Source: Anolis carolinensis
Lineage: Eukaryota
Length of the DNA: 64,000 nt
Assembly (NCBI RefSeq): GCF_035594765.1
Contig: NC_085844.1
Location: forward strand, 46,453,923-46,517,922
Direction of reading: 5' to 3'
The notes beneath the pieces are model-generated. The model did not search any database and was not told the origin of the DNA. It worked only from the letters and a program-made list of their open reading frames with translations. A program made the position numbers and the translations under genes. How positions within the stretch are numbered: the stretch's first letter is position 1; each line of letters opens with the position of its first letter. This document shows positions 23,265-35,936 of this stretch, piece after piece.

Positions 23265-24261
23265 GTCTACTGTATTGTGAATGTCTTCAGTCACACTTGA
23301 ATTCCTAGGGCAAAATGATCAATTCCATGCAATTACACATAAGGAAATGATATGGAGCTATATTTCATACAAAATCAGCAGGGCTGAAGTGGCTGGTTTG
23401 TCGAAAAGGTAAAGGGAAGTCTCCTCTCTGTCCTGTTGTTTGTAGGTGTCTCTGGAATTCATCCTCATCCTCCAGTACCACAATCTATTCAATTCATCAA
23501 TTTTTGCTAAGCTGTATTTTCCAAGAGTTAAAGACTCCCTTAGAATCATAAAGCTGGAAGAGACCTCATGGGCCATCCAGTCCAATCCCCTGCAAAGAAG
23601 CAGGAAACTTGTATTCAAAGCACCCCCGGCAGATGGGCATCCAACCTCTGTTTAAAAGCCTCCACCAAGGAGCCTCCACCACACTCCAGGGCAGTGAGTT
23701 CCACTGCTGAACAGCTCTCACAGGAAGTTCTTCCTAATGTTCAGGTGGAATCTCTTTTCCTGTAGTTTGCAGCCATTGTACCACATTGTCTCCAGAGCAG
23801 CAAAAAACAAGCTTGCTCCATCTTTCCTATGACTTTTCCTCACATATTGATGCATGGCTATCATGTCTCCTCTCAGTCTTCTCTTCTGCAGGCCAAACAT
23901 GGCCAGCTCTTTAAAGCTGCTCCTCATAGGGCTTGTTCTCCAGACCCTTGATCATTTTAGTTGCCCTCCTCTGGACACATTCCAACTTGTCATCTTCTCC
24001 CTTAAATTGTGATGCCCAGAATTGGACACAGTATTCCAGATGTGGTCTGACCAAGGTGGAATAGAGGGGTAGCATGACTTCCCTGGGCCTAAACACTACT
24101 ATTTATGCAGGCTAAAATCCCATTGGCTTTTTTTAGCCATCGCATGACATTGTTGGCTCATGTTTAACTTGTTGTCTACAAGGACTCCAATATCTTTTTC
24201 ACACATACTGTTATTGAGCCAGGCAGCCCCCCTTATGTATTTTTCTGTGTGCATTTCATTT

Positions 24262-24480
24262 TTGTATGTCTTTCGGGCTGTGTGGCCATGTTCCAGAAAT
24301 ATTCTCTCCTGACGTTTCGCCCACATCTATGGCAGGCATCCTCATCCTCACAACCTCTGAGGATGCCTGCCATAGATGTGGGCGAAACGTCAGGAGAGAA
24401 TATTTCTGGAACATGGCCACACAGCCCGAAAGACATACAACAACCCTGTGATCCCGGCCATGAAAGCCTTCGACAACACA
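24262..24480 (+). mobile_element. Penelope-like pLTR insertion with inverted copy
   Basis: ~82-bp inverted arms; 34-nt tail 24447-24480; TSD CATTTCATTTTT at 24252 and 24479. Confidence 0.85.
24354..24394 (+). ncRNA. Minimal type-I hammerhead ribozyme, intact core
   Basis: CCU-CUGAGGA-U-stem II-GAAAC-GUC^AGG; stem I CCU/AGG; palindromic ACGU stem III; predicted cleavage after 24391. Confidence 0.7.
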
Positions 24481-25246
24481 TTTCATTTTTTCTGCCTAGG
24501 GGGAGTATGACCTTGAGGGGTAATTGGTAGGCAACGTGTTTCCAGCTATTCTGTTGTACATGCTCAAATCTGGATTCAGGTAGAAGAGAAGTAAGACTAT
24601 CTCACTACCATGGTTAAAAGATAAGTTGCTACCTCCACTGTCACCTAGTTGTAGCTGTTTCATGAGAAGAGGAACACGGCTATTCCAGTGCAACTACTGA
24701 GATGTATTGGTAATGATAAAAACATTTAAAAGGAGTTATGCTGTTGTCTCACTTATTCTTTTTCTTTTGCATGTCATGTAAATGGGTAGGCAGGGACTTT
24801 TGTAAGTTATAGTGGGAGCACTTTTGATGGAAGTGTGAGGCTATAATTAACCTTTTTCTTGATATTACTGAATGAATTAAATACCTTTTTTCAACTACAT
24901 GCAAATATTTGCTTATATCTGAAAAAGTGCAAAACCTAGAAAAAGCTAGCTTTTTCATTGCTATGTACAATATATCGGGTGGTAGTAATGTTAATTACAT
25001 CCATTTCATTTCCAGCTTCTAACACAATGAAATGGAAAAATCAAAGGCAAAATCTGTCAAGGCACTGTATATCCATATTTGATTTTGACTTAACATATCT
25101 GAATATGCAGTTGTACTTTTCTTTAAAATGGAGTAACCTAACTCACCATTACAATAAGAATGAAGATCAGATAGTGTACAAGCAGAAGTGATCTGGACAT
25201 TGATTGTGATTATACTAACCATACGTATAACGATGTGCTTCATATT

Positions 25247-25619
25247 CTTGTTGTCCTCGTGGACAACAAGTTAAATATGAGCCTACAATGTGATGCGGCT
25301 GCTTAAAAGCCAACGGGATTCTGGCCTGCATAAATAGGGATATAGCATCTAGATCCAGGGAAGTCATGCTCCCCCTCTAGTCTGCCTTGGTCAGACCACA
25401 CCTGAAATACTGTGTCCAATTCTGGGCACCGCAATTGAAGGGAGATGTTGACAAGCTGGAAAGCATCCAGAGGAGGGCAACTAAAATGATCAAGGGTCTG
25501 GAGAACAAGCCCTATGAGGAGCGGCTTAAAGAACTAGGCATTTCCTGCTTCTTGGCAGGGGGTTGGACTGGATGGCCCATGAGGTCTCTTCCAACTCTAC
25601 TATTCTATGATTCTATGAT
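25247..25619 (+). mobile_element. Internally deleted CR1 3' fragment
   Basis: [15 protein letters not shown]...ERLKELG joined directly to the CR1 3'UTR and (ATTCTATG)n tail. Confidence 0.85.
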
Positions 25620-27855
25620 ATTCAGTTAAATTGGACTACAGAAGATGTCCCAAGTGAGACTTTCAAAGTGGACTGTATCTTTACACCCCTGACAATTTGA
25701 TAGCAATTTATATTTGTAGAGAAACAAAATGCAAACAATCTGTTTTCCTCAAAATATTACGTTTCTCCCCATGAGAAAAACTATAGATAGCAAATGTATA
25801 TTTTTGTGATTTTCAGCTTCTAACTTTAGCAGGTTGCACCAGTCCCAGAACTTCTGGGAAGCAATTTTGACATAGTATACTGGGCTATTATTCACATTTG
25901 AGTGGGGTTTTTTTTCTAGGTCTCTTTCCTATGAAAACTGGAATTTGAGTTATAACATTTTGTGAAGTCTTGGGCCATGGCAGTGTAGTCCTGAGTGCTT
26001 GCTGTAAAAATAGTGTTGGTTAAAGTATTTCTACCTTTACCTGTGTATGCTATAGCAATCCTTCCCTCTTCTGTGACTTGATGCTGATTAAAAAGAATTA
26101 TTTTTAAATGACACCATTATTTCATCCTAATTTCCTAAGACCTGAAACCATTCTTTTCTTGTTTCTTGTTTAGGGGTAGCTCTTTTTATACATGTTCTCT
26201 TAAACAATGGAGAGCTAAGAGTAAGAAGACAAAATTCTGGAAATTCTACAGCTGTCTTAACTATGCTACTCCTGAAAGTTTTCTCATTTTTAATAACACA
26301 CACACCAATCAGAACTTAACGACATAACATAAATAACCATGCATTTATATATTTGGATATATTTTTGTATATATTTATCTAAAATGTAGTGCGTATAATA
26401 CTCAGCTAGGGCTATTTTATGTGCAAAATAATGACAAACAGTCTTACAGCCATGTATTGATTTCCATTACTACAGGGCATGAAGATCTGTCTTTCAAAAT
26501 AGAACAGATTGCTTCTCAAATGTAGTGCAAACAGGATCTGATAGTCTTTGCACATCTTTACTAATAAATAATGTTGCTGCATGATTGGTTTGAATGTTTT
26601 CCAAATATGTTTGCTTTCCTCTGAATGATAAAAAGTCATAAAAAGCAAGTTAAGAAGTTCTAAAATAACAGCAGCACATTTTGCCCGCTATATCTAGTAG
26701 CTACTTTCTTTCTCATTAGTAATTATACAATATAATTATCAAGTTTCATATCTCCTTTCTACATTTAAATACCTACACCTACTTTCATAGGGAAAGTGAT
26801 TTGTCACTATGCTCTTTTCATTGCACATGCTTAGATACAAATAGAGTGGTGACAATGCACTATGTGAGAATTACTGGTTTTTAACATTTCTTAAGATTAC
26901 ATTCCAACAATGGATCGCTAACTGCCACTGTACACTAAATTGATTTTGAGTGACTCTTTCACTTTGACTGTAAAATCTTAAAGCTAATTTGAAATATTTC
27001 ACTACTGACTATGAAAAATGTGGCCATACAGTCTGAAGAATTATTAGTCCATTTAAAGGTGTTCTGGGGTCTGATACATTTCAGAGATAGCTCAAATACA
27101 GGATCTGTTCAATTGTGGTTCCCATTCTCTGGAATTTTCTTCTTAGGGGAATTTGACAGCCTCCCCTTGTTGCTGCTGCTGTTATTGTATCTCTATTAAT
27201 AGGCAAAGACTTTATATGTGCAGATTTGCACTGAAATTATTATCTTAGATACTTAGTTTGGGGAGAGGTTTTCATAGCTCTCCAACTGTCAGCACGTAGT
27301 ATTAGCCTGGATTCAGTGGTTTTCTGGTTAAGGTTATAACTATTTTAAAGTGTCTGTTCTTTGTTTAACTATTAAGGCTTGTCCTACCTTTAAAGGGCTT
27401 CTTGTGATAAAATGCAGTTAGTATGCTGCATTGTCATTTTGATCTTCCTCACATTTTTCCTCTCTGGCCCTTTGTTGTGATAATTTTGCAGACTTCTCTT
27501 CTGTTGGGAAATATACCAATTTAAGGTCTTCCGTTTTTTTCAGCCAGTCCAGTGCAGAAGAGAATGGCTGAATAAGGAGGAAACTGACTGTCTCAATTTT
27601 GACAAAAATTGCTATTTTGCCAGCAAAATTCTATAATTTGATTCTAGCCACAAAAGTCAAATTACTCTTACTTTCATGTCTGTTGAATATGTAGAAAACA
27701 ATCATCTAGCTCAGCATGCTATTATGCAGGTTAAGGCTTTCACTGTGTATTATGAGATCATTGCACTGTTGAAGAATATTCATAAGTATTGGGTTCATTT
27801 ATTGTGCTGTGCAGGCTAATTTTTAACCATGAGAAAAAGGGCATCCGAAGTGCTA

Positions 27856-28274
27856 CCCTGTTTCCCCTAAAATAAGACATCCCCAGGAAATAAGACCTAG
27901 TAGAGGTTTTACTGAATTGCTAAATATAAGGCCTCCCCCAAAAGTAAGACCTAGCAAAGTTTTTGTTTGGAAGCATGCCCGTCGAACAGAACACCGGAGC
28001 ATGCAGGTTCACTAAATGTACGTACCATAGAGTGTTGTACATGAAAATAATTGTAGTAACAAGAAATTCTTGATAGGAATCACAGTTTGTCTGGTTATGC
28101 TGGTTTGTGATGACAACTACTGTACAGTATATAATAAATGTTCATTTTTTTGTTCAACAATAAATGTGAATTCTTCTTCATGGAAAAATAAGACATCCCC
28201 TGAATATAAGACCTAGCACATCTTTGGGAGCAAAAATTAATATAAGACACTGTCTTATTTTCGGGGAAACACGG
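27856..28274. mobile_element. Tc1/mariner MITE
   Basis: TIR CCCTGTTTCCCCTAAAATAAGACA / TGTCTTATTTTCGGGGAAACACGG; TA TSD. Confidence 0.85.
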
Positions 28275-29275
28275 TAATTAAGACAGCTAAACTTTACAAA
28301 ATACTTTTGTAAATGGTTTTCTGATGTGTCTGAAACAATGTTTGCGCTGCAATATCATTCTCCATGTTGTAGCTTGGTATAAAAACTGATTTTCATGTCT
28401 TAAAATATTTTGAATTATGCAATGATTAAAATCTGGACTGACCACAATCTAGATGTGCTGAGGTAATTGCTGCAATTCAGATTCATGAATTAGAGATTAC
28501 AGACCTAGCTTAGTTATACACTACTCTACATGGCTGTCCATTGTCCTTTACAAAATTGTAAGTCCCCCCCCCCCCTTTTACAGATTTGATATGCACGGAG
28601 ATAAGGGAATTAGCTTTCCTTGTTTGCTGGTTTTTGTTTCAACGCAAACCCAACACACTGTCTCAAATATGTTTGAACTTCATCCTCAAGGTTGGCTTAT
28701 AATATAGATATTGCATGTTGTAAATATTTTATGTTAAATATTTTGCTTAGTGGTTGTGTTAAGTAATTGAAAGTTAAATAATAAGCTCCTATGCATAGAC
28801 TGCTGTCCTAGTTCTGTAGGGCCAGGGTACATCCATGTGTAGAGCAAAGCAAAGAAATGAGACATGAAGAAGTGCAATAGAAAACTAACGGGAGGCAATT
28901 ATTTCATTCTTCTTTCCTCTCAACTAATGTCACCACCTAAGTATTTTTCTGGCATAAGGTATAACTTAGTCTTACATGCAGAACTGTTTTGAATGAAATC
29001 AGTCTGTTGAAGGCTAGATATATGAGTGTATGCAGATGAAAAGTGTACTGTTGGTCAAGACTGAACCAAGAGCAAGGGAAGAGTACATTTGCTTTCTTCT
29101 TGTGGCTTGCTACATTTATAACATTTTGTATAGAGTCGATGCACCTTATTCAATTACTTGTGTTGACTACAGTTATACCATAACAAGTTTGAGCATGGTG
29201 TATTTCTTTCCATTTGGCATCTACCTTTCTGAAGTTAACTTACTAATGTCTAGTCCCTTTTCCTTTGTTTTTCAG

Positions 29276-29379
29276 ATCAGCAAAAATGGGAAGCACTGGA
29301 TTCTGGTTTGCTCCTACACATGTCAGTGGAACTGGTTAAGATCAAAACCTGAAAGTTTTTCTTCGTTATCCATCACCAG
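29276..29379 (+). other. PLAG1: PLAG1 internal 5'UTR exon
   Basis: Branch-point-like TACTAAT at 29241, long pyrimidine tract, TTCAG acceptor, CAG|GTGTGC donor; resembles the recalled mammalian PLAG1 leader. Confidence 0.7.
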
Positions 29380-32379
29380 GTGTGCACTGAACAGAGGCTA
29401 CCATAAATCTGTTTTGAGTATGAACACCTTTTAAAATGGTATAAATATATATATATATATAATATTGTTTTTATAATATAGCTTTAAATATTGTTTCTGA
29501 TGTACTGTTCATCCTACAGTTGTGAAAGAACCAACATGAATAATAACAGTAATAATCGTAATATGCTGAAGCTGAAAATGGGCATTCTTACTCAGTTTTT
29601 TTTCAGCTGGTCTTTGAGAAGTGTAATATTTGAGCATCAATGTTAAAATATTGTCTGCATTGCTCAGCCTGTACATCCACACTTCAGTTAGATATACTTG
29701 ATACCTAGAATTACATACTAGGAAATTGTTTACTTAAAAAGCATCTTAAGAGTAACAGAATAAAGATTTTAAATGGTTGGTCTTTAAAGGACTTATGCAG
29801 TATTCTGCATGCATGCCAAGACTTTTCTAATCCTGCTTTTCTGACGCAGCCCCTTGTGTATCTTCCACTATCTCCCTTAACAAAAAATAACAATTGGCTC
29901 TAGAAGGTCAGGACATTTTCTGGAGCAGCATCCAATCTGGAGAGATCAGTTGCCTCCTTATTCCTTTGGATACTGCTTACAGAAACTTTAATTAAGAAAG
30001 GACATATCTATAATTACTTTACACATGCCATTGTAATGAATTCAGAATTAATGTTCCTTTAAAATGTTGTTTCTCTACATTTTTTGAACTTTATTTAAAG
30101 TAATGGTAAAATCATTGAAAATTTTATTCTTGGCTTTCATAACTGAGTAGGTGCAATCACAATAAGCTTATATATTACAATATGAGTCTACAGCTCACTG
30201 GATTAGATCCAGGCATGCCCTTTAGTGGGGAAAGTTCCTGTTCAGAGTAGAAATGAGGACCCAGAAGAGATTTCCCACTGGATAAAGGAAGCAGACTGAA
30301 GTCTCTTACGTTCTTTCCTTACATTCTGGATGGGCCCCTAAGTCTTCCCAGCACAGAGCTCCACAGGGAAGGGGCAATTGTTTGGATCTAATCCAGGGTG
30401 AATTCACATTAAATTCAAAGGGAGGGAGGAGCAGTGATTTTTAAAAAAAGGAATACTGAAATGTGACGCCCTTCTCCACCTCCCTCAGCAATGTTTTCCT
30501 GCCTGTGTTCTAAGACTTTAACTGAAGTTCTGAAGATCTTTCCCATCACATTTTTTCCAATTATCGCACAGAAAAGATAAAAAATATTTCTGCAACAAAG
30601 ATAAGAAATCTTTCAAACTATCAGGTTCAGCTACATAACAGAAAAATAGAACCTCTAGAAGTAGTTAAGACTGCAACTGCTAGCATCTTTCAGATTTAAC
30701 TGTGCTTGCTAGGGCTATTAGAACATCTAGAGCACCGCAGATTCCCAGCCTGTTCTAAAAGCTTACCAGCAACCCCCCCACCCCACCCCCAAACATTATG
30801 ACTGTGAGTATTAAGAAACGGGTTTTGAAAATATTTTGGCCAAGTTTATCAACTATTGTGGCAAAATAAAACTGCCATAAATTCATAACTATACCTTCTT
30901 TTACAGTGCTTGAAGATGGTCTTAACTAAAGAAGCAGTAAGCACTGTAAGCTGTTTAATTGTCCCTTCTTTCCTGACCCATTTATACATTTCTGTAAATA
31001 CCTTTTGCATTTAATTATTCTTTCTGCACTAACTCACAGGTTTTGCATTGTATTTTCTTATAGTGGTCCACAATATTTGTCTATACATGTTTTTGCTCCT
31101 CAGCTTAGTTTTGCATCTTTTCTTATTTCTTCCTGAATACACTTTATTGTTTTCCATAGAAAATAAGGGAGGCAATAAGTTAAATCTATTCCATATTCAT
31201 TTATGTTTGACTTGTGATTAATTTATTTGATTGTTAATTGGGAGAAGAAATAGATGTAATACTTTTGAGTTACTGTACTCTAGTTTAGTGAAAACCATTT
31301 CCATTTATGCCACAACAAATATGCAGTTATTATTTGTTTGTTGTGAAAGATTCAGATCAGGGCCTAAACTCTTGTTAAGATCAGATGCATGGATTCAATA
31401 GAAATTAGTTAAGTCAGCCTTTATGTACATTATGTACATTCCATTGATTCAGTAGATATACTTATAGTTCGGACTAACAGTTGAATTTAGGACTAGCCTT
31501 TCAGGATTAATCATATTTTTGATATTAAAGATAAGCTGTATAAATTGATGTCAAACTGATGTTTTCTACTCATGCTACTCATGAAAAACCTATCACCATG
31601 CAGCTCCAAGGTTTTCCAGCTTTCCCTAGAGGGCCCACAATGTCTCTAGAATATGAAATATGTTGGGGAGACAAGTAATTGGTATCTCCATATTCTACTG
31701 AAAGATATTATCTAGAGACAAAGATCCTTACTAGATTCCTTCCAAAAGCAATAATACTAGTTAGTATGCAGATTAACCTGCATAATAAAGATAACTAACC
31801 CAAGAGAAAAATGTGAACAATCTTGCCCTGTTCAGTTAATTACGATCTTACGATGTAGATCATTTAGGAAAAAATAAAAATAATAACACCAAATGAAAAA
31901 AAAAATCTTGAGCACTGAGGAAGAAAAAAATGGGGGAATAATCTCAACAACAAGAACAACAATAATAATAACTATTTATAGACCGCCCTCTCTCCTCAAG
32001 GGGACTCAGGCGGTTTAATCATAACTAGAACTTTTACATGTTTATTTTTTCAGATCATAGATTTGATTTTATTAGAATCTATTTTTGTCTTCTAAAATCT
32101 GGAAAATCTGAAGCGCCCTGCGCAATTGTTTATGAGGATGTATGCAGCCATTCACTTTGGGAAGGGGAAGATAAATCTTGTTATGGCACTTTCTTTGCTT
32201 ATGCTTGTCTTTTCTCACAAACTGCATCTGTCTATTACATACTGAGCTTTGAATCTGTTTCCTTAATAGTTTCTTTGGCCTTGATATTTGTGGTCCCATC
32301 TTGAATTTTATACTCAAAATCCTATAGTGGCAGGTAAAAAAAGGACATGCTCACGGGTTTCTAAAACAATAATTACATA

Positions 32380-32549
32380 GGGTTGTTGTATGTCTTTCGG
32401 GCTGTGTGGCCATGTTCCAGAAGCATTCTCTCCTGACGTTTCGCCCACATCTATGGCAGGCATCCTCAGAGGTTGTGAGGTATATATATGTATGCCGAAA
32501 GACATACAACAACCCTGTGATCCCGGCCATGAAAGCCTTCGACAACACA
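32380..32549. mobile_element. Penelope-like insertion (inverted pLTR plus short tailed end)
   Basis: 14-bp TSD ACAATAATTACATA at 32366 and 32547; same family as 17194 and 24262. Confidence 0.85.
32432..32472 (-). ncRNA. Minimal hammerhead ribozyme motif, intact, antisense to PLAG1
   Basis: Reverse complement CCUCUGAGGAUGCCUGCCAUAGAUGUGGGCGAAACGUCAGG. Confidence 0.65.
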
Positions 32550-33786
32550 ATAATTACATAATTTGGTTGAAAAATGGATAAATTTATGCTCCATCATATT
32601 GTGCACAAGAATTTTAAACTTAGACCTTGGTCACTGAATTCTAGTTTATGTAATTAATATAAGACCCATCAACATATTCTGAAAATGTGCATGCTACAGC
32701 CCAATGAGGACTAAATTGTTCTATTTTAAAAGTTCCCTATGCAAACATATCAGAGAAGATACATGGTTAGGCTAGTAGCTTTTATTACTCTGAACAGTAG
32801 CCCCACATATTACTCATATTACATGGGTTCAGTTATATGTGAAGACCTACTTCAAGGACGAAGGTGAGGGAGGCTGGGGACCAAATTGTCCACACTCCCA
32901 AAATTAGCCTATCTTCAGATGTCATATCTGGTGGAAAACCTGGTAACACTTCTCTTCACTTAGAAAAGTGACAGAAGTCTGGCTGTTCCTTTCTCATCAG
33001 AGGAAGGAGATGAACTGCTTTTTTGGCAGAGAGAGGTGTATGGCTCCACACAGCTGGGCTTCCCACCAGATTGGCACCTGAGGAGGAGGCTACTTTTGGG
33101 AGCTCAGAGCAGGCAACCTGCACCCCAGCTTATGAGTCTTCCCTTTAGCTAGTCTCCCCTCTAGAGCAGCAGGTGAGTTGGGGGACAGTGCGGAATATTT
33201 TTTGATTGTACAATATTTTCAGCATTTAGCAGCATGCTGGCCAGGGGAAAGACCCAACCTGCAAAATCTCTCCCTGGAAAAGGTTTCAAGATTTTACATG
33301 AAAATTTTATTATGCAGAGTTCCAGAACTGATCCCTTGTGTAATATGTGGGTCTACTTTGGGCTATAGCCCTTTTGAATTGTGTAGTTTTTCTTTAGTAG
33401 AAAGCATGCACTTTTAGCCACATCATTTTTATTTATCATACAGATTAACATACTTGAAAATTACTGAAACAACTTTCTTTAAATTGGCATGCACAGCCAA
33501 ATAAGTTTTTAGATGCTTGAATACAGTTTTATAACGCTGATCTACTATTTAAAGAATTAGTTTTTTTAAAAAAAAAATGCAATGTGAAGTGTCAGGGTAC
33601 ATGTGGATCTGTCCATCCTGAGCAGTGAACATTGAGCTTTGATAAACAGCTGAAATTAGTCTACATGTATTACATTAGACCAGCTGAACCTAATTTTATA
33701 TGAGCTTTATTCAAAAGCATCACATAGCAAGTAAACTACAAAATTAAGTTTAGTTACAAATAGTTGTTTCTTATTTTTTTTTCCAG

Positions 33787-34148
33787 TCCCCTTTTGCTTT
33801 CTTTAACGACCACATGAAACTTGAGAAGCCATCTAAAGCTAAATCATTTAGTGGAGNNNNNNNNNNNNNNNNNNNNNNNNNNNNNNNNNNNNNNNNNNNN
33901 NNNNNNNNNNNNNNNNNNNNNNNNNNNNNNNNNNNNNNNNNNNNNNNNNNNNNNNNNNNNNNNNNNNNNNNNNNNNNNNNNNNNNNNNNNNNNNNNNNNN
34001 NNNNNNNNNNNNNNNNNNNNNNNNNNNNNNNNNNNNNNNNNNNNNNNNNNNNNNNNNNNNNNNNNNNNNNNNNNNNNNNNNNNNNNNNNNNNNNNNNNNN
34101 NNNNNNNNNNNNNNNNNNNNNNNNNNNNNNNNNNNNNNNNNNNNNNNN
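33787..34148 (+). other. PLAG1: PLAG1 first coding exon: 5'UTR part visible; start codon and first two zinc fingers presumed within the N gap (33857-34148)
   Basis: T-rich TTCCAG acceptor at 33786; visible sequence resembles the recalled PLAG1 leader; the last exon begins in phase 2 in the middle of a zinc finger, so an upstream coding exon is required. Confidence 0.7.
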
Positions 34149-34684
34149 TTAAACTCTATTTATTTTTCAGATTATATTATTTGTTGGCCGTTTTAAGCTT
34201 TTTAAACGTATATATATATGTGTGTGTGTGTGTACAGTTGAGGTGATTTTCAGGGAGGAAATGTTAATATAGATTGAGATTGTAAAATTATAAGCAGTGC
34301 TTAATTTTATTAACCAATATCTGAAGTTTTTTGTGTGTTTTGGAAGGGGAAAAATTTACAGTTTTTCAGTTGTATAAATTTGTTCTGTTGAAGTGTATGG
34401 CTGATTTTCCATTTTGGTTATGGAAAGAACTGAAGTATTGACATATAATAAAATACATTATTAAAATAACTTTAAAATGTCTAACTAAAATGTCAATTGA
34501 AATGAAATGGCTTGTAAGATGTGAATTGCTATATTGAAAGATGATATATATATATTGTTTATAGTTATGTCTCCTATATAATATATTCCTATGAAAAAAT
34601 AGCTTAGTATTTTGCTGCTGCTAAAATGAACACATATACTTTTTAATCAAAATTAATACTTACAGACTATATCTGTATTTAAAG

Positions 34685-35936
34685 GCACATGGCTACTCAT
34701 TCTCCTGAGAAAACCCACAAGTGTAATTATTGTGAGAAAATGTTTCATCGAAAAGATCATCTAAAGAATCATCTACATACACATAATCCTAATAAAGAAG
34801 CCTTTAAGTGTGAAGAATGTGGAAAGAACTACAACACGAAGCTTGGGTTTAAGCGTCACCTGGCTTTGCATGCTGCAACAAGTGGTGACCTCACCTGTAA
34901 AGTATGTTTGCAGACATTTGAAAGCACAGGGGTGTTGCTGGAGCACCTAAAAACTCATGCAGGCAAATCATCAGGTGGAGTAAAGGAGAAAAAGCACCAG
35001 TGTGAACATTGTGATCGTCGGTTTTACACCCGAAAGGATGTCCGAAGACACATGGTGGTGCACACTGGAAGAAAGGACTTCCTCTGTCAGTATTGCGCAC
35101 AGAGATTTGGCCGGAAGGATCACCTAACACGGCATATGAAGAAAAGCCACAACCAAGAACTTCTGAAAGTCAAAACAGAGCCAATGGACCTTCTAGACCC
35201 CTTTACTTGCAATGTTGCTGTGCCTATAAAAGATGAGCTACTTCCAGCAATGTCTTTATCTTCCAGTGAACTGACATCAAAGCCATTTACAAACACTTTG
35301 CAATTAAATCTCTACAATACTCAGATTCAGTCCATGCAGAGCTCAGCATCTGCACACCAAATGGTTGCCACATCATTACCTTTAGGTATGCCTTGTCCAA
35401 TAGAAATGGAATCTGTTCATGCTTCTCACCAGCTATCTCTAAAATATCCACTCAGTTCTACCTCATATACAGTTTCCATGACTGATAAAGAGCAGCCATT
35501 GAAAGGGGAAATTGAAAGTTACTTAATGGAACTGCAAAGTGGCATGCCTTCTTCATCCCGAGATTCTCAAGCATCTTCATCTAAATTAGGGCTGGATCCT
35601 CAAATAGGCCCGCTAGATGATGTATCTCTTTCCAAAAGTGCTGTTTCTATTACTGAACCTCTAAGCACACCATCACTGGACTTCTCCCAATTATTCAATT
35701 TTATACCAGTAAATGGACCTCCATTTAATCATTCTGTTTCTGTTGGAAATCTTGGAATGAGTTACACTCAAGAGGAAGCACATTCATCAATGACTCACCT
35801 TCCTCCACAGGCACACGATCTACAAGACCCTGGTAATGGTATCGGCCTTGGTTCTTTGCATTCATTGTCAGCAGCTTTCACGAGTAGTCTAAACACAACC
35901 ACAACCCTACCACGTTTTCATCAAGCTTTCCAATAA
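34685..35936 (+). CDS. PLAG1: PLAG1 zinc-finger transcription factor, last coding exon (end of ZF2, ZF3-7, Ser-rich activation domain)
   Basis: AAAG|GCACATG acceptor; five C2H2 fingers; SUMO consensus motifs VKTE, IKDE, LKGE; PLAG-family C-terminus LPRFHQAFQ; adjacency to MOS and RPS20 favours PLAG1 over PLAGL1/PLAGL2. Confidence 0.96.

Larger units (their letters stand above)
23541..24520 (-). mobile_element. CR1 LINE 3' fragment interrupted by a Penelope insertion
   Basis: Minus-strand ORFs [17 protein letters not shown] and RRLRGDMIAM; homologous to 1866-2875. Confidence 0.9.

Noticed and set aside
25830-25960. Candidate additional PLAG1 5'UTR exon (TAGCAG|GTTGC)
   Set aside because: Only faint similarity and no convincing donor; cannot be supported without RNA data
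34689-35936. ATG 34689 as the true PLAG1 start
   Set aside because: It lies 4 nt into the exon, within the end of a zinc finger; the main start is expected in the gap exon, though a short isoform is possible
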